From: Candidatus Micrarchaeota archaeon
GTDB taxonomy: Archaea; Micrarchaeota; Micrarchaeia; Anstonellales; Bilamarchaeaceae
Assembly (NCBI GenBank): GCA_038046765.1
Contig: JBBSVN010000012.1
Location: 1 to 64,000, forward strand
Direction: 5' to 3'
Length of the DNA: 64,000 bases
Shown: positions 29,235 through 36,906 of the stretch, piece by piece
Numbering within the stretch: position 1 is the first letter of the stretch
How the letters are laid out: the number at the start of each line of letters is the position of its first letter
Position numbers and translations under genes: made by a program
The notes under the pieces: model-generated
Database searches by the model: none
Told to the model about the DNA's origin: nothing
What the model saw: only the letters and a program-made list of their open reading frames with translations

Positions 29235-29975
29235 TTATCTCTCATGAAGTTCTTTTACAGCTTCGTTTTGTCTTAATCCTTCGTTTATCCTAGATAATTC
29301 ATAGCAATAATACCAATACCTTGAACTATACTTAACTATAGATTTTTTCCTCAACTCTTTTCTTCTAAATATGTTTTCTTTAATCAAACTTTTTAAGTAG
29401 TTTAAATCCCCAGAGTCTCCAAAGAAAATCAATATTTTTCCCTTAGGTTTTAGGTATTCTTTTACTTCTTTAAAAAATTTAGTAAGCGTCTGGTAGTTTT
29501 CATCAGCAATACTACGCTCAAGCATATCTCTTGGTTTAAACCATCTAAAAGGAGGGTTAAATATTATCCAGTCGAACTTCCCTCTAACCTTTGCAAATAA
29601 ATCGCTTTTTAAGAATTTTATCTTATCAGCCAAGTTATTTATTTTGGCATTGTTTTTTGCACATTTTATGGCTAACAGATTTATGTCCGTTCCTATTACT
29701 TTACTAGATTTGTTTGCTGCCAAAATTGCATTTATTCCGCTTCCTGTGCCTAAGTCAAGTACTCTATCTGTCTTTTTTACTTTTCTTAAAATTGCTCTTC
29801 CAATTAGTTCTGCATCTAGTTCGTGAGGAATAAAAACTTCTGACGGCACGATTAGCTCTCTTCCTAAAATTTTTAATGAGTTTGTTTTTCTAGTTTTCAT
29901 ATTTTCGTACGCAGAATTTGCCCACTCTTTTCTTAGTTTAATTTCTTCTTTTGACATCATTGGTTTATGGACCAT
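29235..29975 (-). CDS. HemK-like class I SAM methyltransferase
   Basis: VFIP, LDLGTGSG, SDLF, FNPPF. Confidence 0.85.
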   Translation of the reverse strand: MVHKPMMSKEEIKLRKEWANSAYENMKTRKTNSLKILGRELIVPSEVFIPHELDAELIGRAILRKVKKTDRVLDLGTGSGINAILAANKSSKVIGTDINLLAIKCAKNNAKINNLADKIKFLKSDLFAKVRGKFDWIIFNPPFRWFKPRDMLERSIADENYQTLTKFFKEVKEYLKPKGKILIFFGDSGDLNYLKSLIKENIFRRKELRKKSIVKYSSRYWYYCYELSRINEGLRQNEAVKELHER

Positions 29976-30005
29976 ATTATTAATTCTAGAATCAATATTA
30001 TATAT

Positions 30006-30511
30006 ATGACCTATGCAATCAAAAAGTAGAACTTAAAAATGCAAAAGAAGTTCTGCATATTCTTTCTTCTTGTACAAAATGGCTTTTAGATCAAGGAATG
30101 AACCATTGGACTAATGCGCACGATCTAGAAAAAATAAAGTCACGAATTAAAGAGAAAGAAGTCTATTTGTTATATAAAAAGGAAGAACCAATCGGAACTA
30201 TAACGCTATGTCTTTGCTCTTCTTATTATTACAAAGACGAAGATAAAACATTCTGGAAAGAACCAAATGCGCAAGCGTTTTATCTAAGCGGCCTTGCCGT
30301 ATTGTCAAAATATTAAAAACAAAGGTTTGCAACTAAATTTCTAGCTTTTGCAGAAAAAATTGCAATTGAAAGAAAAATAATCTATGTTCGATTTGATGCG
30401 ATTTGTGAGTATAAAAATTTGATCGATTTCTATATTAAACGCGGTTATCAAATAAAAGGTCAAAGATTAACTGGAACGAAGCAAAGCCATTTCTTTGAAA
30501 AAGAGGTTTAA
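30006..30511 (+). pseudogene. disrupted GNAT acetyltransferase
   Basis: one-base frameshift in the A-run at 30021-25 and in-frame TAA at 30314-16 within motif A; frame continues to VRFD...LIDFY.KRGY. Confidence 0.75.
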
Positions 30512-31143
30512 CCTTTTAGTCCATTCCTAATCATTTCCTCTTCAACCCCCAATTCTTCAGCCGCTGCAATTGCTAAACCCGCATCGATTGCGTCATGCGC
30601 TTTCTTGCTTTTAATTTCTAAATTCAAATAGAAACTTTCACCGATATAGTCAAAGATTATTCTTCCTCTTTGCAAATGTTTTACTTTTATAAAGAATTTT
30701 TCATCCAGTGTCTTTAATCTAATATCTTTTTGTTTTGTTCTTTTCTTTATTTCCTGCAAGTCTTTACCCGTGCAGTTTGTAATAACAATTCCTTTGTCAT
30801 TTCTTATCTGACTTATTCCCTTTGAATTAGTTATAATTGCAATATCTTCAACTATCCCCTTAGGTAATACATGAATACTTGGATCAATGATAAAATAATC
30901 ATAATTTTTCGCTATAATCAAGTCTGTTTTCTTGTTGTAAATTTTTATCTTGTATCCCGCCTGATTTAGTATGTCGCATAGATATTGGGATGCTAGGTTG
31001 TCATTATGTACTGCAATATACCTTATCCCTCCTTTTTCGTTTATTATTTTTACTTTTAATTTTTCTAGTACTTTAACTACCTTCTCAATTTTGTTTTCGT
31101 TTATTTTTATTTTAATTTCAACTTCCTGGTTTGTAATAATCAT
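30508..31143 (-). CDS. degenerate Mur-ligase central-domain-like protein
   Basis: C-terminus LAIAAAEELGVEEEMIRNGL resembles the end of the Mur ligase middle domain; no P-loop seen. Confidence 0.45.
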   Translation of the reverse strand: MIITNQEVEIKIKINENKIEKVVKVLEKLKVKIINEKGGIRYIAVHNDNLASQYLCDILNQAGYKIKIYNKKTDLIIAKNYDYFIIDPSIHVLPKGIVEDIAIITNSKGISQIRNDKGIVITNCTGKDLQEIKKRTKQKDIRLKTLDEKFFIKVKHLQRGRIIFDYIGESFYLNLEIKSKKAHDAIDAGLAIAAAEELGVEEEMIRNGLKG

Positions 31144-31310
31144 CCCTCCTTAGAAATTCCTACATTTGCTTTTTTAACAAAGAAAAATTCTTTGCAATAC
31201 TCGCATAAATGCCTTGAATGGTTAAAAGTAGCCCACTTACCTTTATCAATATGTGCTTTGCTACATTTATCGTGAATTATGATTGTTTTTACTAAAGGTT
31301 TCTTTTCCAT
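31140..31310 (-). CDS. 56-aa His/Cys-rich putative zinc-binding protein (not in ORF track)
   Basis: HDKC..HID.G.WAT.NHSRHLCEYC; starts just after the 5-FCL stop and is ATGA-coupled to the next gene. Confidence 0.65.
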   Translation of the reverse strand: MEKKPLVKTIIIHDKCSKAHIDKGKWATFNHSRHLCEYCKEFFFVKKANVGISKEG

Positions 31311-31312
31311 TT

Positions 31313-31870
31313 TTATTTCCTCTTATTTTCAAGTATTCTATTATCTGTAATTACTAAATTCATCGGCTCATCGTGTTCATGGCGTGGAAGAATCTTTACT
31401 ATCGCAAAATCGTAAGCAATCCCAATTCGCATTGCCTTAGTCGTTTTTAAGAATTTGTCATAATATCCTTTGCCATAGCCTAAGCGATGACAATCTGAAT
31501 CAAAAGCTAATGCTGGAACAATAATTATATCTGGTTCTGTGTTTGGTTTGTTTCTAGTTTTGGGTTCTAGTACTCCAAACGCGCCGGGTGCAAGGTCTTC
31601 AAAAGAAGTAAATTCTACTAATTCGATATGGTGATTTGTTACCGGAACTAAAACTTTTTTGCCTAGTTCAATCGTGTTTTTGATCATTTGCTTCGTTGCA
31701 ACTTCCTGGTCTTTTGATACGTAAAAACAAATCGTTTTTGCTACTTGAAATTCCTTTAAAGAAAAAAGTTTCTCCATTATACTATCTCTTGCAAGTCTTT
31801 GTTCTATCGGATTAAGTTTTGCTCTTTGTTTGAGTATTTGTTTTCTAAGTTCAGGCTTGGACGGTTGCAT
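31313..31870 (-). CDS. 5-formyltetrahydrofolate cyclo-ligase
   Basis: K.ELRK, EV.T, GVLEP, VPALAFD...RLGYGKGYYD, HD. Confidence 0.92.
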   Translation of the reverse strand: MQPSKPELRKQILKQRAKLNPIEQRLARDSIMEKLFSLKEFQVAKTICFYVSKDQEVATKQMIKNTIELGKKVLVPVTNHHIELVEFTSFEDLAPGAFGVLEPKTRNKPNTEPDIIIVPALAFDSDCHRLGYGKGYYDKFLKTTKAMRIGIAYDFAIVKILPRHEHDEPMNLVITDNRILENKRK

Positions 31871-32135
31871 TAATTATCGCCTCGCTTAATTGTTCGCTAG
31901 TAAATCCATGAACTTCTAAAGAATTAGTTGTGATTAGATTGGTTATTCTTCCAATAAGTTGATCTTTCTTAAGACTTGTTCCTTTAAGTCCTTCCTCAAT
32001 TTTCTCTCTTCCATCTTCTGGATGTAAAAAGAAATCTCCTTCTATTTTTATTGAATTTATTGTTCTATCTTGCTCGTTGTAATCAAGCGTAATCTTAAGT
32101 AATTTTCCAGCTTTGAAAATACTTTTACCAATCAT
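31851..32135 (-). CDS. lipoate-protein ligase C-terminal domain protein (LplB-like)
   Basis: K.GKLLK, IKIEGDFF.HPE..IE..L.G; directly downstream of lipA. Confidence 0.8.
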   Translation of the reverse strand: MIGKSIFKAGKLLKITLDYNEQDRTINSIKIEGDFFLHPEDGREKIEEGLKGTSLKKDQLIGRITNLITTNSLEVHGFTSEQLSEAIINATVQA

Positions 32136-33103
32136 TATTTTGCCTCTTTACGTGAATTTATTACATTCTTCAGGAAAAATTCTCCTGCTCTGTAACTACT
32201 TCTGACAAATGGCCCAGAAGCTACATACAAAAATCCTTTTTCTTTTCCAATTTTTCCATATTCTGTATATTTTTCTGGAGCTACGTAATTTTGGATTGCT
32301 ATATGTTTTTTACTTGGTCTTAGATATTGCCCAATTGTTAAAATATCGCAGTCAATCGCTCGCAAATCGTCCATTGTTTTTAGTATCTGTTCGTCCCCTT
32401 CGCCTAAACCAAGCATAAGAGCGCTTTTTGTAAAAATTTTTGGGTTTATTTTTTTTGCAGTAACTAAAACACCTAATGATTGGTCATAGTTCGCTCGTAA
32501 ATCCCGAACAGTTGCTTGAAGTTCTCTAACAGTTTCAACATTATGCGAAATAACTTCAGGTCCAGAATCAACAATTGTTTTTATGCAATTAACATCTCCA
32601 CGAAAATCAGGGATTAATACCTCGATTATAACTTCGGGGGTTAATTCCTTTACTGCTTTTATGCACGCTGCAAAGTGTCCAGCACCTTGATCTGGTAAAT
32701 CGTCCCGATCTACGCTTGTTAATACAATATAATCTAATTTTAGCTCCTTAACCGCTTGCGCAAGGTTGTGTGGTTCATCTGCCAATTCCAGCATCGAAAC
32801 TCCTTGCCGAGCGCTTTTGGTTGAACAGAATCTGCAATATCTTGTGCAAATATCTCCCATTAGTAAAAATGTCGCAGTTCCAACGCTCCAGCATTCTAAA
32901 ATATTCGGGCATTTTGCTTCTACGCAAATTGTATGGAGCTTCTTTGATTTTGTCAAAGCCTTTACATGTTCAAACTGCGCTGCTCCTTCTAAATTGGGCG
33001 CTCTTGTTCGTAACCAGTCTGGTTTTGGTAAGACTGGCACGGTGAATGGATTAACTGGAGTTGAAGTATTTGCATTCGTTTGATTAGTGTTGGAATTAGA
33101 CAT
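32135..33103 (-). CDS. lipA: lipoyl synthase
   Basis: KPDWL, CVEAKCPNILEC, CTRYCRFC, TSVDRDDL, RSSY. Confidence 0.96.
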   Translation of the reverse strand: MSNSNTNQTNANTSTPVNPFTVPVLPKPDWLRTRAPNLEGAAQFEHVKALTKSKKLHTICVEAKCPNILECWSVGTATFLLMGDICTRYCRFCSTKSARQGVSMLELADEPHNLAQAVKELKLDYIVLTSVDRDDLPDQGAGHFAACIKAVKELTPEVIIEVLIPDFRGDVNCIKTIVDSGPEVISHNVETVRELQATVRDLRANYDQSLGVLVTAKKINPKIFTKSALMLGLGEGDEQILKTMDDLRAIDCDILTIGQYLRPSKKHIAIQNYVAPEKYTEYGKIGKEKGFLYVASGPFVRSSYRAGEFFLKNVINSRKEAK

Positions 33104-33178
33104 AGGAATCTTAGAACTAATTTGCTTCGTAGCATTTAAAATAATGTTAGAAATAGGTTTGACGGATGACGAATACTA

Positions 33179-34057
33179 TTAAACCGCCGTTTGTTGATCG
33201 GATACGGACTTACCCAGATGTTTGACATAATTTCCGGTAGCTTCCTCTAATTTAAAACCCGAACGTTTGGCGGTAACATCGTACAATAATTTACCTGTGG
33301 TGGTTTGCCTTACCAAACTCCACATACTATTTTCTGCACTTTGAATTTCTATTGTTGGAATCCCATGTTCCTTTGCAAAAGCAACTGCGTGAGCAACTAA
33401 TGCTCGTTCCCATTTTAACGACCTAATCTTTTCATGTTGTCCATTTACTCCTTGGATTTGACAAATCGATAATCTGCCTTCGTTGACTTCAAAACCAAGA
33501 GATGCAACAATTTTTCCTTCATAAAGTAAACAGAATTGATATGGTACGTCCCAAAATTTATCCTCATAATCAAAATTAGTATGATTTCCAATACCATAAT
33601 CTAAGGCAAGAGAATATCTTTCGATCATATCAGTTGAAACAACATTTCCTTGTTTTACATATTGACTAAGTACGCGAGTTCCAAAATCAGGATCAACCGT
33701 ATGTTTATCAAATTCTTCAAGAGCAGTAGTTAACCGATCACTTTCTCTACCTAATAACATTTGAGCATCATGTTTAAATAATTCGCGTGTAACGATTGTT
33801 GTTTTTACTTCAACTGCTCCTAGATACTTTATGACTTTAGGTTTTTCTGGGGGAATTTCGGGTATATAACTTTTAACTAATTGTTCTAACCCTGAATTAT
33901 AAATTCCCAAATGCCCGGGGGTTAATTTTTCAACATCAGTATAAGAATGGGATCGGAATTTATAATCTTTATCGTCTCTTATTTCCCATTTTTGAGTAAA
34001 TTTCGGTTTTAGTTTGGAGAAAGAATTAGCTGGGTCTTTCTTGGTAATTACAGTCAT
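33179..34057 (-). CDS. hypothetical protein with DUF535 (VirK/YbjX)-like region
   Basis: VASLGF...SICQIQG...LYD....GF pattern. Confidence 0.45.
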   Translation of the reverse strand: MTVITKKDPANSFSKLKPKFTQKWEIRDDKDYKFRSHSYTDVEKLTPGHLGIYNSGLEQLVKSYIPEIPPEKPKVIKYLGAVEVKTTIVTRELFKHDAQMLLGRESDRLTTALEEFDKHTVDPDFGTRVLSQYVKQGNVVSTDMIERYSLALDYGIGNHTNFDYEDKFWDVPYQFCLLYEGKIVASLGFEVNEGRLSICQIQGVNGQHEKIRSLKWERALVAHAVAFAKEHGIPTIEIQSAENSMWSLVRQTTTGKLLYDVTAKRSGFKLEEATGNYVKHLGKSVSDQQTAV

Positions 34058-34181
34058 ACACTAATAAACATTCAAACTATTTAAAAACCTACGTTTTATT
34101 ACATAAAAAGTAACAATATTAAAAACAACTAAAAAACTCGAAATCAGTCAAAACCCAAAACGCTAGACAGGAAACGCATTA

Positions 34182-34253
34182 TGGACTCAGAGGGAATCGC
34201 ACCCTCGGCCTCTCGCGTGCAAGGCGAGCGCTATACTGCTTAGCTATGAGCCC
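34182..34253 (-). tRNA. tRNA-Ala(UGC)
   Basis: cloverleaf GGGCTCA/TGAGTCC with G3:U70, anticodon arm CTCGC-CTTGCAC-GCGAG; T-loop reads TGCGATT; no encoded CCA. Confidence 0.92.
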
Positions 34254-34259
34254 TTGTAT

Positions 34260-34415
34260 AAACTTGGGTTGTTCTGCTTACTTAGAAAAAAGAGGCTTCT
34301 CTAAGTATTGACTGGTAGGGCAACGCACCATAATCTTTCAAATGGCGTTGCCAGAAAACCACGTGAATTTTATCAGATATTTGCTACCTGCTACAAGCCA
34401 CCAGCTACATGCTAG
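34260..34415 (-). ncRNA. structured 5' leader RNA upstream of tRNA-Ala
   Basis: stems 34311-18/34398-405, 34319-26/34345-52, 34279-86/34300-07; G:U pairs favour the minus strand; TATA box at 34441-49. Confidence 0.55.
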
Positions 34416-34469
34416 TAATTAATATACTATTAATGTAATAATTTATAAGCGATGATGTTAAAGGTATTT

Positions 34470-34627
34470 GGCCCACTTATGGCCGCAAGAGGATCAACTG
34501 AGCTAACCTTAACTATTTATTCTTAGGTAGGTTGCCGGGCTAGTCTAACATTTGCTTCTAGACGCCCTTGTGGATGCAGATTTAACTAATAATATATATT
34601 TCAATCTGCATCAGAAATTTTGGCTAC
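34470..34627 (+). ncRNA. structured ncRNA with element antisense to the 16S rRNA 5' end
   Basis: TTTATAAG about 25 nt upstream; several hairpins; AGGATCAACTG at 34490-34500. Confidence 0.55.
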
Positions 34628-34648
34628 TCCTAGAAAATATTTTAGAAA

Positions 34649-34906
34649 TTAAAATACAAACGTAAGTAATCCAGAAGATATTTCCTGTATTTTCGGAGCT
34701 GCAACTGCTATTGCTGCAATTATTACTCCTCCTATAAGTATTGCTATTGAAGTATTTTGCCATTTACCTCGTACTTCTGGTGGCTGAGCCTGTGCTAAAC
34801 CATAAACTATTCCTGCTAAAGTAATCAAAATGATTGAAAGTGTCGGAGCTACGGTTCTTAAAAATAGTGCAATATTAGAAAGTGTTGTTTCTATTCCTAG
34901 TGTCAT
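34649..34906 (-). CDS. small two-TM protein, VirB2/TrbC pilin-like
   Basis: 85 aa, two hydrophobic helices joined by a short loop (AGIVY...RGKW...IGG). Confidence 0.55.
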   Translation of the reverse strand: MTLGIETTLSNIALFLRTVAPTLSIILITLAGIVYGLAQAQPPEVRGKWQNTSIAILIGGVIIAAIAVAAPKIQEISSGLLTFVF

Positions 34907-34979
34907 TAATAGTAAACTATAAGAAAAACTATTTAAATATAGCCGTTTACCTAAAAATCCTTTATTTTATTAAGCAATT

Positions 34980-35202
34980 TGGGCCCGTGGAGATTCTCAA
35001 GTTTTGCTTTCTGGGTTTCGTGTCTTAGGAAATACCTAGAAGGCTTTTGGATAAGACCTAGCCTTTTGCCATTAGAATATGCAAAATCAAAAGGCTTGGT
35101 TTTTGAACTCCAGACCTCCGGCTAACTCAGTCGTATACCTATAACCTGTATTAGAGGTGGACATATAAGACCGGCGCTCTAACCGAGCTGAGCTACGGGC
35201 CC
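34980..35202 (-). tRNA. tRNA-Ile(UAU) with two introns (37/38 and 59/60)
   Basis: GGGCCCG acceptor; anticodon TAT 35167-65; 40-nt intron 35124-35163 and 108-nt intron 34994-35101, both with BHB-type junctions; mature length 75 nt. Confidence 0.88.
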
Positions 35203-35330
35203 AATAGCAGTATGAAGCTAAGAAATAGGTACTTCTTAGAAATATAAATAAATATTTTTATTTTTTAATTGGAGTTATAAATAAAATATGAAAAAAATAA
35301 AAATTCATTTAGGATTTAGAAAAGACCTGG

Positions 35331-35426
35331 TTAACCATCTTCTGCTTCTCCTTCCTCGTCCCATTCTTCCTCGTCAAAGTCGTCGTCTTCCCATTCTTCT
35401 TCGTCATCCATTCTCATTGGTATCAT
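35331..35426 (-). CDS. 31-aa hyperacidic peptide (not in ORF track)
   Basis: MIPMRMDDEEEWEDDDFDEEEWDEEGEAEDG; GGTGA RBS upstream. Confidence 0.6.
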   Translation of the reverse strand: MIPMRMDDEEEWEDDDFDEEEWDEEGEAEDG

Positions 35427-35561
35427 AGTTTCACCGCTATACGTTAAAATAAAATTAAAGAGTTTTAAGCTAAATAAATATGCAAAGGAATTAAAAGCTA
35501 ACTGTGGTGGGTTATGTAATTATCTTTAAACTTTTTCCCCCACATTTATATTTATACTATT

Positions 35562-36749
35562 TTACTTTATTAATTGTAGCTCCTTTCCGATCTTTTCTAT
35601 TTTTTCAATTGCAAAATCCAGATCTTCTTTACTATGTTCCGCAGTAATCATTGTCCGTATTCTTGCCTTATCTTTAGCGACCATCGGAAAAACAATCGGT
35701 AGCGCGTAAACTCCTTCTTCGAATAATCGCAAACTCATTACCCTTGCTTTACCAGAATCATACGTCATTATTGGTGTAATTGGTGTTTCGCTTTGCCCTA
35801 AATCAAATCCTAATTCAAGCAATCTCTTCTTATAATATTTCGTATTCTTCCAGAGTTTTTTGACTAATTTATCACTACTTTCTAGAAGTTCTAACGAAGC
35901 AATTGAAGCAGCAACAGTAGCTGGACCATGAGAACCAGTAAGTAGCCATGTTCGAGATTTATTTAGTAAATACTCCCTTCCAATTTTAGATGTTCCGATA
36001 TAGCCACCCATTGTTCCAAATGCTTTTGAAAAGGTTCCCATATCAAAATCTACTTTTCCGTCTAATTTGAAATGATTTGTAATCCCTCTGCCATTTTCCC
36101 CTAGAACTCCGTCCCCATGCGCGTCATCAATGTATGTTACTGCTTCGTATTGTTCTGATAGTTTTACGATTTGGTCTAAGGGTGCGATGTCACCATCCAT
36201 CGAAAATACGCCATCGCTTACAATAAGAATTCTTTTTGCGTTTTTAGTTTTCGCTTCTTTCAATTTTGCTTCTAAATCTTGCATGTTCTTGTGTTCGTAA
36301 ACTAATCGATCTGCTTTACTTAATCGTAGTCCATCTATTATCGATCCGTGATTTAGCGAATCTGAAATTACTGCATCGCCTTCTCTTAACAATGCGGGTA
36401 ACGCTCCGCTATTAGCTGTAAAACCTGTATTATAATATAGTGCTGCTTCTGTATGTTTAAATTTCGCGATTAATTCTTCTAGTTTTAAGTGTATGTCCAT
36501 TGTTCCAGCAATTGGCCTTACTGAACCGCTTCCAGCCCCATGCGTTCTTATTGCGTTTATTGCTGCTTTTCTAAGTGCTTTATGATTTGCTAATCCTAAG
36601 TAATTGTTTGAGCATAACATGACTACTTTCTTTCCGTCAATTGTGGATTGTGCCACTGATGGCCCGCCTAGTGTTCGTGGTTTCCACAATAAGTTATCTT
36701 TATCTAATAAATCGAGTTCGGATTTTAGTTCTTCTAATAATCGAGACAT
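35562..36749 (-). CDS. kbl: glycine C-acetyltransferase (AON synthase class II aminotransferase)
   Basis: SNNYLGL, LNHGSIIDG, DGVFSMDG, DDAH, TFSKAFG, ARIR; tdh nearby. Confidence 0.88.
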   Translation of the reverse strand: MSRLLEELKSELDLLDKDNLLWKPRTLGGPSVAQSTIDGKKVVMLCSNNYLGLANHKALRKAAINAIRTHGAGSGSVRPIAGTMDIHLKLEELIAKFKHTEAALYYNTGFTANSGALPALLREGDAVISDSLNHGSIIDGLRLSKADRLVYEHKNMQDLEAKLKEAKTKNAKRILIVSDGVFSMDGDIAPLDQIVKLSEQYEAVTYIDDAHGDGVLGENGRGITNHFKLDGKVDFDMGTFSKAFGTMGGYIGTSKIGREYLLNKSRTWLLTGSHGPATVAASIASLELLESSDKLVKKLWKNTKYYKKRLLELGFDLGQSETPITPIMTYDSGKARVMSLRLFEEGVYALPIVFPMVAKDKARIRTMITAEHSKEDLDFAIEKIEKIGKELQLIK

Positions 36750-36906
36750 TTAGAATCACCGTTAACATATAATCTATTCATTTTGATGTTTTAAATATCC
36801 TATTAAATTATTAAATCTGTTCGTGTAGAAAAATTCACATAAATATAAACTTATTGTTAATTTGACACTTTAGTATACTTTTAAATCTTGGTAGATTAAT
36901 TTAATT

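Noticed and set aside
19754..30511. Stop-codon reassignment
   Set aside because: The internal stops differ (TGA and TAA), and conserved genes end normally at TAA, TAG and TGA
34470..34490. 5S rRNA (GCGGCCATA on the minus strand)
   Set aside because: The match is only about 9 nt and no 5S structure follows
34260..34627. SRP RNA or RNase P RNA
   Set aside because: No SRP helix-8 motif or RNase P CR-I/CR-V motifs seen here or at 52280-52510
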